Source of the DNA: the human T2T-CHM13v2.0 reference genome, Homo sapiens
Assembly: GCF_009914755.1 (NCBI RefSeq)
Contig: NC_060925.1
DNA length: 64,000 nucleotides
Direction: 5' to 3' (one strand)
A model generated the notes under the pieces. The model saw only the letters and a program-made list of their open reading frames with translations, ran no database searches and was not told the DNA's origin. Shown here one piece after another: positions 42,382-58,197 of the stretch (position 1 is its first letter; each line of letters begins with the position of its first letter). The position numbers were made by a program, and so were the translations under genes.

Positions 42382-44032
42382 TCATCTTTCAGTTCTCTTT
42401 TGCTCTAACGTTCTGTAATTGTATAAGGGAGGTTCCTTTTTCTTCCTTTTTTTTTTTTTTTGTTTGCAGTCAATATTTGGTAATACAAATAAAAGTTTAC
42501 AGAGGTGGATGTCAAGAGGTAAGTGCACTGTGAAGCACAGGTCGGCCAAAAGTTTACATGAGCTATTTCCTGAAGAGTGGGCAATGACTCTGGTTCAATT
42601 ATTCACACGGTAAAAGGATGCATTTTTCCTGTTGTGGGAGTACAGAATTGTCTCCTCAAGTGTTGACTCCTTTTAAAAGGAAATAAACAGAACTTGGACT
42701 ACTCTTCTTCTTATTATTATAAGGCTTTAAGTCTTCAAATACATTTTGAAAACATTAGAAGCCTGAGAGACACCCAGCAGTTTTGTCCACCTTAAGTTAG
42801 TTCTCTATTTATTAATTCAGCATAGTACACAGAGCTCTACCAGGTTCTCCATGTCCCTCTCATAACTGTTGCCTGTCTTTGACTTGGTAAAATATGCTGT
42901 GACATTTCTGCTTCATCAGCATATTACTGGCCTGATCACCAGAATTTAAAATTCAGGATCTCCAGCAACAGAGCCAATTTCTATTGACCACCCGCTCAAA
43001 AAAGCACAGGTTTATTTTAGCCTCCATGCTATTTGATCTTTACCTTGATGATGCTATAGCCTTCAACCCTCTTGATAAAAATCTTTTTTTGCTGATATAT
43101 TACTATCTTTTACCCAGAAGTTTGTTTTCTTAAAGAACAAGTTTTCTCAATGTACTTCACTACCATGAACTGTCTGCAATGATATTGAAATGGAAATATT
43201 TAAATTTAATTTGTTAGAGATTTTGTGTTCAACTTTTAAAATTTAATGATGTATTAACCTTTTCCTAAGAAATAATATTTACTGTCTAGTATCAAGCTCA
43301 ACGATATAAATCTAATTTTGTAATATAATATCTATATTTATTCATAAAACCAAAGAAAATTCTCACTTTGACCACATTTTCTTAATAAGCTATGTCCCTG
43401 GGTTTCTTTTTACAGTAAAACATAGCTGCTAAATTTATGCCAGAGCATAACTTTCCAGAGTGGCTTGTAAACCAGCCACAGTAATTTCAAGATATTTCAA
43501 CTGAGTTCAACCTCCTTTATAAAAAATGTTTAGAGGAGGAAAAGAGACTGTTATTATTATAATTTGGAGAACAGAAAGAGAAAGATAGTGGTGACACCAC
43601 CCATCTCTTATTCTCTCACAGACATTGTCATGCTCCAGGTGGGGTGGGTGGTGATGCCAGTAATCCCCTGGGCTTTGACTTAGCTGAGCGTGGACTCAGT
43701 TTTCAGTTGCTTGGCTTGTTCTTGAAGAGTAAGCTGACAGGGTAGATTTGGTTCTCAGCGTATCATCTAAACAAACAAAACATGTAGGGTAGTAGTTCCA
43801 CCTCCAGTGAGGGGCTCAGCCTTCTTACAGAGCACTTTTCTCTACTCTCAGCCTCCTGTGCTTGAGAAACAGCAGAAACTGGGCCTGGCTGGGCTAGCTC
43901 TCCGAGGCTGCTATACAAAAAGCCTGTATTCTAATAGACTCATTAACCCCAAAACCTATTCAGAGCACCTAACTTTCATTTGTTGAACTGCACATGAAAT
44001 ATATTTGGGGATATAAGGTTAATATTTCTTAG

Positions 44033-44353
<321 letters not shown>

Positions 44354-45284
44354 TAGCAAATTTTAAGCCAAAACCACTATCTGAGATTTACACAAAGCAT
44401 AATTTTAGCTCCTCTTTTGTTTCATGAAGTCTAAATAATATTCTCTAGAAGAATTCCCAATATGCAGGCTGATATTTACTATTGCTTTCTTTATCTACGA
44501 AGTGAGATGATGCCAAAACAATTGTTTTTGAATATCTTATGCAAGAAATAATAATGGAAAATAGAAATGTTGTCACTCCGGATAAGTTTTTTCCCCATCC
44601 CACAGAAGTTGGAAAAAATAGCATGAAAAGAGTCACTGAAAGGCTAGAATATCACAAATTAATAAATAATAAGTCTGAGTGCTTTCCCATTCACTTATTT
44701 TGCCTGTTTTTTGCCCCCCCAGAAGTACCAATTGTGAAAAGCTAACCTCATATCAAGCCTGGGAGAAAGAAGAGGGAATTGTCTACTGACTTAAGAAAAG
44801 TGGCAGATAAAAATAAAACATGCATTTTGTTACACAGGAAGATTTTAATGTATAGAAATAAATTTTATGATGTTTATTGAACATGAATTACATTGGCATA
44901 CCTCGCTGCTTTTGCATACTGACAACTGGTACCTGGTAAAAACAAGTTCTTGAATGAATGACCCTCCACCTTTCATTCTCACAAAAGTAGCTCTCCTTCA
45001 CTTCTTTTGGTTCTCAAAAGGTTACTATCCAAACAACTACCTCTTGTGAAAAAAAGAGCGGAAGAAGATGAATTGTTTTTAAAACAAAGCTTGTCAGTTT
45101 TAGAAACAAACTTAACCAATTTCAGTGTGTAGTAGGTAATCATTCAATAAATAAGCGCCAAACATGTAAACAGGTCTAATTGCTGTTGTGATAAGCCATC
45201 TACTTGAAAGATGCATATGGAGATAACTAAGTCTGTAGTTAGCATGAAGCATGTTAAGTAAGATTAACATGAATGACAAGTGTG

Positions 45285-45495
45285 GCCTCCAGAGTCAGAT
45301 GGTCTGAGTGTGAATCTTACTGTCAATCACTAACTGTGAGATCTTGGGCAATATTTGTGCCTCAATTTCCTCATCTGTAAAATGGAAACAATAACTCATA
45401 GACTTTTGTAAGATTTGAATGAATTAATAACTGTACAATGATTAGAAAAGTAAAAGTACCTGATATACAATAAGCACTTAATAAATGTTAAGATT
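45285..45495 (+). mobile_element. MIR
   Basis: gtgcctcaatttcctcatctgtaaaatgg...taagcacttaataaatgtta. Confidence 0.7.
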
Positions 45496-45636
45496 TAATT
45501 ACATGGATTGATTCTGCTTTAAAATTCTTTGTAGCAATGAAATGCCCTAAATTTTTCATGGTGTATGGGACTGAGACTGAAATAATAGACTACAGTTCCG
45601 GAAACTTTTTAAAGTGGCTCCTAAAATTATCTTGTC

Positions 45637-45962
<326 letters not shown>

Positions 45963-47530
45963 TTATAATTTACATTAAAGCAGACATTGAAATCTTTTCA
46001 GCCAGAACCTATACCTGTAACCATATAGCCAAAGTTACATTTGTTTAAAAGTGAATTTTCATTTTTGCTCCTCCCCTTTTTCATTCTCCTATTCCCCCCC
46101 CCACCTTTTCTACTGGTGTAGCATTTTTTTCTATTGATGTAATTTTGATTTCCAGTTACAGTAAAGACACTTGACTGGATACCATACAAGAGGCAACTAT
46201 ATATATATATATATCTGTGTGTATGTGTTTGCATGTGCGTGTATGTATATATTCTATATTAAATAGGCTGTAGAAATCTTAGTATTACATACAGCATTGA
46301 TACTAGGGAAAACACATTCCACAATGGCAAATAATTGCGTATTCATTTTTATTCTTCTCAGTGAGACAAGGGCCTGCGGTTATTGATTAGACCAGCTTTG
46401 TCTTTAATTCCCTTCCAGTAATGAAGAGGAATACTCTTGCCTGAGAGAACAGGGTGGTCTTTCAGGCCTACTTAAGCTGGGTGAGATGGAGCACACACCC
46501 CAACCAGGAGGTGTGGAGGTTCACTGCCAGGACACCCTTATGAGTTAGGTAGTTTACCAAGTGTCATGTCTTAAAGGGTTATGAGTGGGATCATCTCTCC
46601 AGATTATCTGCTGCACTGACTGACCTTAAATCACTCTTGCCATGATTTAAGTTCCTTATACTCCACTGTGGCTTCCCCACTGTGATTTATGGTTTGCCAG
46701 TAAAAAGTAGTAATCCAAAGTAGTAATAGATCATGTTCTTTCCCCTATTTGCAGCCACTCCTATTGAGTGATTTGAAATACACTTATTTTATGTGATTGT
46801 CAAGCCCGGCAATACAGACAAACTAATGCTTTTAGGATTAAAAATCAAAAGCCCTCCCCTGCAAAATGTCCTAACTGTATGTCTAGGAATTACTTAAAAC
46901 ATAAAATTTGCTTATCAAATATAAACAATACCAGGTTCAAGATAGAAAATAAACACAGATTTCAGGTAAAATATAAGTATTGTATCAGCCAGGGCCTGCC
47001 ATCCCCAACTTGACCCCATTGCCCAAGCTGATGTCTGCCTCTTGCAGACGGCCTTGCCCAATCCCTGTGCCAGTGAGAACCATACCTTGTTCTAATCCAA
47101 TTCTTTCTCCAGAAGAGAGAAGAGAAATCAGGAAATAGTTTATTATTTCAATTCCCAGCACCTAGCCCAATGTCTGGCACAGTGCCTAGAATATAAAGAG
47201 CATTCAGTAAATATTGACTGAATGAACAAATATGCTGTCACCAGGCTGACCCCCCACCACCTGCCTCAACAGAGCCAGTATCCAGTGTGATCTGGGATGG
47301 ATTTAGCTTCCTGGGGCTTCCCATATGCATTAATCTTCTGTTTCCCTATCTGCCCCTCACATGTGTGGCTGACCATCCTACCTGGCCCTTCTGATTTGGA
47401 TGGTCATCTGCCCTGGTTCTTTCTCTAAAACCCCTTGGAGTACCACAGTGGAGTCTGCAACACCAGCTAATGGGCCAGGGGGTGAGAAATGCCAAGGGAG
47501 CCAGACCTTCTTACTTGGGTCCTATAATTC

Positions 47531-47819
47531 TTTTTTTTTTTTGAGACGAAGTCTCACTCTGTTGCCCCAGGCTGCAGTGCAGTGGCGCCCAATCTCAGCT
47601 CACTGCAACCTCTGCCTCCCGGGTTCAAGTCATTCAGCCTCCGGAGTAGCTGGGACTACAGGCACACACCACCATGCCTAGCTAATTTTTGTATTTTTTA
47701 GTAGAGACGGGGTTTCACCATATTGGTCAGGCTGGTCCTGGACTCCTGACCTTAGGTGATCCACCCACCTCGGCCTCCTAAAGTGCTGGGATTACAGGTG
47801 TGAGCCTCCGCGTCTGGCC
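47531..47819 (-). mobile_element. AluS
   Basis: Reverse dimer; TSD cctataattctttt. Confidence 0.92.
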
Positions 47820-48649
47820 CCTATAATTCTTTTTCCCTAAGCCAAAGCCTTTTTCAAGGGTCTCTTATGTTGCCTGGGAACCTCATCACTAACAACTCTG
47901 AGTCCTAATGTTGACAACCCCTGCTTCCCAAAGCTGTGCACTGCTCCCTGGTCCATTCTTTGAATACTATTGCCAGAATAGTATCGTCTCCATATTATGA
48001 CTCAATTTTTACTCTTTTTGTCTTAAGGCATTTTACTCTCATGTGTTGTGCAGTTATAATCCAAGTATGAAATCCAATTAACAGAATTTTATCATAGATG
48101 TGCTAGAAGCTACAAGGATTTGGTCTGTTTCTTTCTTAGTTTTCAGTTAGCCAATCTTTTCTGAAAGAAATTGAAGCCACCCTCCTCTTAGAAAAACAAT
48201 CCTTCTTTCTTCATTTTATTTTCATGGGCTGCTTCTAGGAGTATATTGAATTCTGCCTTCCATATTTCTAATCAGGCTTCACAGTTTCTTCCTTTTCTGT
48301 CCCTTTCTCTCTGTTCCTATTTCTGCCATATCAACTAAGGCTTTCCTTAGCTCTTGCTTTACCTATAGCAATACTACCTACTTTGTCTTCTTACTTACTA
48401 CACCAGTTTATATTGGCTCTGATCGTTATTATCTATGGGGGCTGAGGCAGGTTGCTTTCACTCTGATCCTCAGTTTCCTCACCTGCAAAGTGGCCATATT
48501 AGAGTATGGACCTTGTAAGGGTGGTATAAATGTAAGCAAATATCCTTGGTTCTCCTGAGCCATAAATCCAAATGTGATCATGTTAATTAAAAATCTTCAT
48601 AGTTCTTATCCTTCCCCAAATATTTATGAGAAATTCATGAAATGGATTA

Positions 48650-48930
48650 ACTCAATAAATATTGAGCACTCTGTGTGAGTCACTGATGTGGGCTCTGGGG
48701 ACACAACAATAAACAGACAGACCTGGACACTGCTTTCTTGGCATTTGTTTTTTGGGATAGGAAAAACGATGATTAAAAAAGAAGAAAAAGAAACAAAAAT
48801 GACAAAACATGAGATGATGATAAGTGCTATGGAAAGAAAGTCGGGGTAGGCAGAGGGTAGGAAGGCAGAGGGGTTGCTCGGTTTTATATAAGGTGGTCAG
48901 GGAGGGCCTCATCGAGTAGGTGTTTTTGTA
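48650..48930 (-). mobile_element. L2 3' fragment
   Basis: caataaatattgagcactctgtgtg...ggtggtcagggagggcctc. Confidence 0.6.
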
Positions 48931-51900
48931 CAAAGACATTTGGGTGTCATTGGTGGACAGATCTTACCTGTGTTCTTAAGCCAGTGTTGTCATCATGTGT
49001 ATTGTTATAGTTAGCCAGACACCAAGATGCTGGCACTGACAGCACCACTGTGAGCTAAAAGTCCACAAACGGTGTCAGCGTGGAGCCCTGCACAGTTACC
49101 CTAGCCAATAATGCTTTTGAAAAACAGGAAGTAAGAGAGTTGACTTTTTCAGCATTAATGCTCAAGGTAAAGTGTTATGACTGAATTAACTGAAATCAAC
49201 TACTATTTCCTTAACACAACTTGGATAAAAACCTTTTTCTGCAATCACAGCTGGCACTGTGGTGCCGGTTTTATGGGAAATTGAGGGCTATGATAGCCCC
49301 TGTGATGTCTGTCAGCATCCTCTTTCAAAGTGGGAAAAGAAAAGCTCTCTTCCTTAATATAACACTGAGTTACCAGTTACTGGGCGATAGGCCCTAGAGC
49401 ATTAAAGAGTTTCATGGCTCTTTCCATGACTCAGAGGCCCTTCTTTGTTTTCTTCTGGGAAGACACATGCAAGGAAGCTGGGTTAGGCCCTTCCCTGTGA
49501 CAGTCAGACTTACCACGACCTTCCAGGTCTAAAGCCCAGTCTTACCGTTACAAACTCCTTCCTCAACCAACGGTGCTCTCTCCAGGGGCCCCACCATTCC
49601 TGCCAGCACTCTGCCTACCTCTGGAACTGTCTCCAGACATGCCCATGAATGCTGAAGACCCTACTGAGGCAAATATTTCCATTTTGCCCCCAGCAAACTT
49701 CTCAGCCCCCTTATAAATCAATGGATGCCAATCATTGCTTAAAGGGAAGAGACATTGTCTAATTCTGCATCACAGCCATATCTGTCTGAATTCTGACCCA
49801 TCTGGGACATTGTATTGCACAAGAAATAGAAAAATAATTCATGAAGTTCCTAGCATAATTCTTCTGTTTAGTAGGTATTCAAAAATTGGTAACTATTGTA
49901 ATTACTTAGGTAGTAGTTTAATGGGCAATTGTAAACATATTGTTTATAATTTTTGTTTTTTTCAAAATGTTTTACAAAATCATGTGTTATATAATAAGAA
50001 GCAAATTCTTTCAAAAAAAATAAAACACACACACACACACCAAACTCTTGACACATAGCTGTTTTCTTCCCCTCCTTTTCATCTAAACTTCTCAGAAAAG
50101 TGTCTTGCACTCACTATTTCCACTTCCTCAACTTGCTTCTATCTAGCTTCTGCCCCGATCATTCCTCTAAAAATTGATCTCACTGAAGCCACCAGCTGCT
50201 TTTGAATGTTCTTCCCTCAGGAGTATGTTGGTGGGTCTGGGAAGGGAAGGCACCCTCAGGTAAATAATAACCCAGAGCAGAGTGGATTGAGTAGAAGGGA
50301 GAGGACAAGGATACAAGAGGTGAGGCAATGTCATCCAAGTTGAAAGAATGGTGCAGAACCAAAGTTGGATCCAAACACTCACCTTGTCCAAGAGCCAGGC
50401 GTTCCAGTTAGAAGTCTGCTCACCTGAGCAGAAGAGAGAGTCCAGAAACAAGCCAACTCCAAACAGGTAATAAACTGAAAAACCAAAGTAGTCCCAGAAG
50501 GAAGAGTGCAAGGAGTTGGAAGGCCAAGAGGAATTCCACATTCAGCAACTTACCAGCTGCATTTGGCTGGGCTTTCCTGGGAATATGTGATGAAACGTCC
50601 AGATCTACAATGCTATCTCTTTCAGAAATGAGAGATGGGCTCCCAGGGCACTCCTATACTGGATATGTCAACACAGTGCCTGCCACACCCAACTTCCTCT
50701 TTGAGATGAAAGTGCCCCACCCACAGCCCCCTGCTTTGAGAAGCAGAGGTAGGTTGTTCTTTGCCCAGGGATGGCTCCTGATTGGACCAGTGATTGGCCC
50801 TTGACATTAGGGGCTGCCTTCCCAAAAACCAGGGCTTGAGTGGAAAAGGTAAGTTTGATCAATCAGATTCTCTCCTTCTGGGATTTGAATTGGGAAACAT
50901 GGATAGAAAGAAGCAGTTAGCCATGGGAGCTGAAGCTGAAAGGATGGCATACAATGGAGTGGAGCCATGGAGGATTATAGCAAACCAAAACTATGAGGAA
51001 GCAGAACCATGTGATAAGAAGGCAGAATTTATGAATAAGCAACAATTCTGAGGTAGAGAAAATACATGAAAAGTAAACAGAATTTTTTAGTTGGAATAAG
51101 ACAGCAAGAAGCAAACCTGCAAAGAGTCGCAAGAAATGAGAAGTGGTGCACAATTGTCATTAAGATCCTATCATCTGGCTCAACTAAGAGCCAGTTTCAG
51201 ATCACCCGGATTTACTAAGGCTCCTGTGCTCTTCATCAGATTTACCCCAGCTTTCCAGGTTTCCATGCTGGTATTTCTTGGGCTCCTACTATGAGCTAGG
51301 CACAGTTCTAGGTGTTTGGGATCTAAGGGCAAATGAAACAGGAAAATACTTAAACCCCTCATAACTTGCGGCAGGGTCTCTGTTTCAAAGGGCCAAGTTG
51401 AAATAACTACTCTTGCCTTCACCATTTCCCATGGTCCAGTTGGTGTCATTATGTTGTCATTATGAGTCTACACCCACTTTGGCATGCAGTTCATATATAT
51501 CACCTCCACTGCTAGGGTGGGTAACTGGAGAATCAGGAAAAGAGAAAATAAAAAACAGAAGTTGGGAGATGGGACATGAAGGAAGTCAGATGATGTATGA
51601 TAATGGCAGCAGAGTGGCTGAATGCCCAGGCTTTAAATTAACTTGCGTTCAAAATTTTGCTCTATCACTTATTCATTATGCGGCTTTTTTGGCAGGTCAG
51701 TTTTCTCAGCTGTGAGCTAGAGATAAAATAGCATTCTCCTCATTGCATTTTTTGAGAATTAAGTGAGAAAATATATGCAGAGCATTTAGCGTAGTACTTG
51801 GCCCATAGTAAATGCTTGATAAATGGTAACTATTTTTGCTGATGCTATTATTATCAGCAATCCTCTAGTTTTCCCATTAGTTGGATAGAATGAATGGGCT

Positions 51901-52049
51901 GGCGGGGAATTAGATGGCATCCTATGCTCAAACCTCTCTGAAGGCTGATGCCAGCCATAACACAGTAGGCTCATTAAAGCTCCTTCTAGTTGGTGCATTC
52001 CTTCCCGGGTACTGTCTAGCTGCAGGAATATCAATAATACCAAGAAGAG

Positions 52050-52360
52050 GGCCAGGCACGGTGGCTCACGCCTGTAATCCCAGCACTTTGGGAGGCCGAG
52101 GCGGGCGGATCATGAGGTCAGGAGATCGAGACCATCCTGGCGAACACAGTGAAACCCCGTCTCTACTAAAAATACAAAAAATTAGCCAGCCATGGTGGCG
52201 GGCGCCTGTAGTCCCAGCTACTCGGGAGGCTGAGGCAGGAGAATGGCGTGAACCCGGGAGGCGGAGCTTGCAGTGAGTCAAGAGATCGCGCCACTGCACT
52301 CCAGCCTGGGCCAAAGTGCGAGACTCCGTCTCGAAAAATAAAAAAATAAAAAACAATAAT
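52050..52360 (+). mobile_element. AluY
   Basis: gagatcgagaccatcctgg and gaatggcgtgaacccgggaggcggagcttgcag; TSD aataataccaagaagag. Confidence 0.93.
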
Positions 52361-52769
52361 AATAATACCAAGAAGAGGTGTAAAAAAAACACTAAGGACA
52401 AAAACCTTTGTATGCAAAAAAGCAGTTCTGGAGGGCAGGCAATAATAATTAGTGAAAGCAAAGTGTGTAGCAGTGATATTAGCCAGAGCAGTCAGTTGTG
52501 TGGGGGAGGCAAAAAAGCACATTTGTTTCTTAAGCACTACTTTTGTCACCTGTCTAGGGGTGGTGGGTATGTGGATGTAGACCTGATAGGCCCAAACTGA
52601 GGCACAGCTGAGGGCTGTGGTTGGAAAGCAGTGCTTTGAGAGACCATGAAAGTAGAAGCCCTCTTTTACCTATCAGGGTATAAATGACTGGAATGGGTGG
52701 AGGAGCAATGCAGGGAGGGAAGAGGGCAGAGTCAGGGAAGAGGTCAAGAGGGGCAGACCTCCCAATGAC

Positions 52770-52873
52770 TTGGGAGGCTGAGGTGGGAGGATAACCCGAG
52801 CCCATGAGTTTGAGTTCAGCCTGGGCAACATAGCAAGACCCTGTCTCTATAACAATCAATCAATCAATCAATC
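52770..52873 (+). mobile_element. Alu monomer fragment (FLAM/AluJ) with (CAAT)n tail
   Basis: ttgggaggctgaggtgggagga...cagcctgggcaacatagcaagaccctgtctc. Confidence 0.75.
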
Positions 52874-54545
52874 CAGGAAGCGGGCAGACAACAAATAGAA
52901 GTCCCAAAACTGGAGTTTCAGATGCGAGTGTGGATCAGAAGGAGTCACCGCGGCTCTAGAGGAACCCTGAGGTATCTTTGCTTTGGGTCCAGGTGCTTTT
53001 GTGGTAGTGTACCAGACCATATCACCTCAGGGAGGGCCAGTGGCTGTGCTGAGGCTGCATTCTGGCCTTCCTAGCAGGGATGAGCACTGCCTTGCTCCTA
53101 TGAAGAGCTTCGTGGCATTTAACATCAATCCAAATTGCCCCAAGAGGCCCTGTATCAGGATTAAGACCATGCATAAATGTCTAAAATACATCATTTGAGC
53201 AGAATGATTGTGAAATACTCAAGCCATAGTCTTCCAGAGCGAGTCTCTCTGTTACCTCTTGTACTCAGGCTTTCAGGATAGAGAATCTGGTCTGTGATTC
53301 TGAGTGCTGGGCACACAGCTGATGGAGCACCCAAGCACAGATAAGGTGAGCTGCCTTGCATAGCATGAGCTGAGCTTTCAGGCTATGGCAGACTGAAGTC
53401 CCTATCACACATTGGACCCTCTAGGGCTTGAAAACATGCTTGACCACAGGCCCTTCCCCTTTCCACGCAGGGATAATGAAGTGTGGCATAAAGCTTCTCC
53501 TGGGTCAGGGTGGCCCACTCCACAGTGTTGGCAGCACCAGTCTCAACAGTGTGATGCTGAATGAAGCTAGGTTCCAGCTGTGTAGAGCTGGCATGCAGGT
53601 GCAGAGGACACACTGTGGAGCTGAGTTGCTTGCATTCATTTCTATTCTTAGTAAATTTTTTACCTGTATGGCTTTATAGGAGTTACTTTATCACTCCATG
53701 TTTCAGTTTCCTCATCCGCAAAACAGCAATAATAATAGCATATAGCTCATAGGGTTATCATGAGTATTAAATTAGTTAATATAGGCAAGCCCTTTCAGCA
53801 GTGCCTGGCACATCGTCAGTGCTTGCTTGTGCTGTACTGGAGCAGAGGTGCAGCGAGTCTTGACTTGCCAAACATAGTGTCAACCTCAGCACATCAGGAA
53901 ACTTCCTTCTCTATTTTAGGAGGTCATTACTAGGGCAGTTGCACAGAAAAAGACAAAATGGTGTTAGACATCTCTTGAAAATGTCTAGGTAACCTCAGTG
54001 ACCAGGGTGTCTCTCACTCCAGAATCACAGATAACTGGCTACACTGAACTTGGTTCAGAAATGTCACACATTTCTGTGCTGTTTTGAAGGTGCTGATGTT
54101 TCAGGTAACTCAGAACTGTTGGGGCTAGAGTATTGTATGAAGCATAGCTAGTCAGGTTGCATGTGGATGTTTCAGGATATATTAGGACATTTTCCAAGAA
54201 GAGCAAAAAGCATCCCCTTGAAAGTCCTGCAGGATACTGATCATGCTGCTGCCATAGGTCAAGAGGCATTGTGTTCTCTGCAAACTCTCTGTCATCCAAA
54301 TGCAACGATGGAAGGCAGACAAGGTGCTAGGCACTCAGAAGATCTAATTTTATGGTCCTTCTGAGCTGGCCCAGGAGAGGGAACCAGACAGTATTAGGAT
54401 CCCAGTAATCCTAGCAGAGGCCCAGTCATCTGCTTTTCTTCCTCACAAAGTTCTCCACTGCCTTCTTGGGAGAGATAGGGCCCCAGTGGATTTCAAGGCC
54501 TATGAATTCCTACCAAGTCTCAAGTTATGGGTGTTGTGGTGGCCA

Positions 54546-54732
54546 CAGGGAGGCCAGATAAAATTCAGAACACCAATTAAATTTGAATTTCAAATAAATG
54601 TTGAATAATGTCTTAATATAAATCTATCCCAAATATTGTGTGGCATATACTTATACCAAATATGTATTTGTTATCTGAAGTTCAAATTTAACTGGGCATC
54701 CTGTATTTTCATCTTCTAAGTCTGGTAACCCT
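54546..54732. mobile_element. MER53 palindromic hAT MITE
   Basis: cagggaggccagataaaa...ttaaatttgaatttca / tgaagttcaaatttaa...tctggtaaccct inverted arms. Confidence 0.8.
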
Positions 54733-56131
54733 CACTGAGGGATATGGTCAGGGAAGGCTGATGGGTGGGTGCAGCCTCCAACTAAACAAAAATAATAGAG
54801 ATGCTACAGGTTTCTGGTGCCCTCACATCAGAGGGGACTCTTCTTGCAGGACTTTCGAGGAGATGCTTTTTGCTTTTCTTCATAATACTGGCTCATTCGG
54901 TTCAAATCTCTGAGAGTGAGGCAGGTCTGGATACTTACCCACTCTGATGCTGTAGTTGCCTACTCTACAGATTTCAAGGACTCTTGCCAATCAATCAGGG
55001 CTATGAGAAAGTCCCAGTGGTGTCCACACAGTGTGGGCTTCCAGACTATAGCCAGGCCACTATCCAGAAGACATGAGAAGTCCCATTTACATAAGTATCC
55101 TCTTCCCCAAATATAAGCCTTCTATCTCCATAAGCTACTGGAGCTGTGACAAAAAATAACATGGCAACTGGGAAGGCCCACCTGAAGACAGACAGCTTGC
55201 TCTGGCAACAGGCAGTGCAAGACTTGGCAAATCTGACCAGCAACCTGTGATCTCGAAGGCAGCAGCCCTGTTGTCAGACATTTGCTACATCTACAGAACA
55301 GATACAGCAACCACCAGCTGAGACCACAACTCATTTCCCGTATGGAGGCTGAGTTTCAGAGAATCAGCTGGAGATACAGCCCTGTGGATTGAGGGTCAGT
55401 GCCCAACCTCACTGACTGTAGGTGGGAGTGGGTAGTAACCAAAAATAAGGATGTGGTGTAAGGCTGGGTTTCCTAAGCTGAGAGAACAGTCCAGAACCTC
55501 AGAGAAGTGTACATAGGTAGAGACTGAAAGCCAGGTCACTAAGACCCAGAAACAAAGATCTATCCAGACAGGTAAAAAATTCAAGGCAGTCTTGAGAAAC
55601 AAAGTTCAGAGAGTGAACCAGCAACAGGTTGATGTTTCCAAAGTCAGTGTGTGACTAGCCACCTGTGTTTTTTTATTATTATTATTCCTGAGTTGTGGGT
55701 GGGGAATAGGCTGGTTACAGATGCTTCCCTGAGATTAGAGATGCTGTCAGGGAGCAGACCTAACTCTCAACACCAAGGAACATTTCCAAGGTCTGCTCTT
55801 CAGCTACTCTGTTATCCCTGACTTTGTTAGACCCTCCCTTTCGTTGTCACTCTCTGCACACTTGGCTTCTGAGACTGTGCTCTTCAAGTCTCCCTCTAGC
55901 TGTTCCTTCTCTGTCTTCTCCAAGGGCTCTTTTTCTTCCTGCTCCTTAAGTGTTCATATTCCTTAGGGTCCTGCCCTTGGCCCACTGCTCTTCTCTTTTC
56001 TTTCTATCTTTGGTTTCTGGATGTTCTCATTTGCCGTCATGGTTCCAACTGAGACTGTACCTGGCTAAAATGTCAGTTACACAGATTAAACACTTGCATC
56101 TTTTTTGCAACTTCCTAGCTGTGAGACCTAG

Positions 56132-56462
<331 letters not shown>

Positions 56463-57106
56463 TAAGCTTCCCTCTTTTAAACTCATCAGCTAAATGAGTA
56501 TAAATAACATCGACTATATATATATATACCCAGCTTAGATGGTTACATGAAAATTAAATAATACAACATACGCAAATTGTATGAAAATTCTTAGCATAGT
56601 GCCTGACACATAGCAAATAGTCAATAAATGCAACCCTAATAGTGATTATTATTATTTACATGGTCTTGCATCTCAGAGCTTTGTTTCCAGCTTAGTACTC
56701 TCTCAGGAGCCACACTCGTATATCCAGCTGTCCACTGCATATTTCTACACGGATGTTCCAAAGACACCTTATATTCATTGCATCAAAAATGAAACTTGTT
56801 TTGTCTCCTTCTAAACCTCTTTTTCTTCTCTCTTCTCTACCTCACTTGTTGACACTATCATTTATCAGTCACCCAAGCTGGAATCTTAGAAATTATTTTT
56901 CATTTCTGTCTTTTCCTTGGCATTGCCACCCAACTCTGCTCCTTATCAAATTAACCATTAGAATCTGATAATTTTACTTCTTCAACTTTTTCATTTTACA
57001 TTCTCTCCCCATTTCTTGATAAAAACATCTTTAGAAAGCAATGATTCAAGGCTGAGTCCCTGGCTCTTTAGAAGTTTGTGACTTTGGTGGCAAAAACAGA
57101 CTCTTA

Positions 57107-57462
57107 TAGCAGATTATCTTATTGTTTAAAATATTTGCTGCCCCTGCCTATGGGGCCTATGGAAGGAATTTGGCCATGGACTTGCATTGACCAATAGAAG
57201 GCAAACATATGTCATATATGCTGAGCAGAAACTATTAAGACCCATCATGTGGTTTCATCTTTCTCATTTCCCTTGCTATGATGCTACCATATCCCAAATA
57301 GGGCCAGCTCCTTCAGTCTAGATTAAGAATGCAAAAGACATGAAGTAATCAGTGGCCAATTTACGGTGTACATGTAACATGAACAAATACAAATCTATTT
57401 TGTTATTAGGATATGGGGATTATCCATTACTGTATCACAACCTGGCTAAAACTGACTGATAC
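57107..57462 (+). mobile_element. Old MLT1 LTR
   Basis: ggccatggacttgcattgaccaatag...aacctggctaaaactgactgataca. Confidence 0.6.
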
Positions 57463-58197
57463 AACTCCTTTGAGGATTATAAACACAGTCTTTGAAGCTA
57501 ATGCATGATGATATGAAAATCAGTGTTGATGATGTGACACGCAGTGTTTTCCAACAAAGTAAGAAAGTTCAGTATGCTGCCAGGCATCACAGATGCGCCA
57601 CACGTGCATCGGGTACCAAGGGTGTTCTGTTGGTCAAAGTTCTGTTTGACAAAATAAAACTTTTATCATTTTGAAAATGTCATTAGCTACAGGAGTTTTC
57701 AAAAGGGGCCAACAAAATTAAACTTTAAAAATCTGTTTGGTGTGTACATAACACACAAAACAAGAGCTGACTGCACTGAAAGATACCAGGGATTCATAGA
57801 GTTGTATGCTGAAAGGAAATGGCATTGCTGTGAGTTTATTTATGACCTACTTCAATATATTGGAAGAAATGTCAGCAATTTGGAGGTTGGTAACGTAATT
57901 TAACAGAAAAACAGCTTCAATTTTCTAACTCTACCACAAACCCCAAATCAGCCTGACCATTTCTAGGGCACACATCTGCTTTGCTTGGTAACAATAGCAG
58001 CAGCAACAATAAGTAATGACAAATGATCACATATAAGGAACCATGTTAATGTATCACTAGATATTAAACAGGGCTTTACTTTACTGGTATATGTGTCCAA
58101 TTTGAATAAACAAATTAGTATATGTGTCAAATTTGGATCCAGCAGGGCACTTCAAAACTTAAGTAATCATGACTCAACTCTAAATACTCAATTTTAA

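Noticed and set aside
57500-57620. ATGATGA box C-like motifs suggesting a C/D snoRNA
   Set aside because: No properly placed CTGA box D or terminal stem seen.
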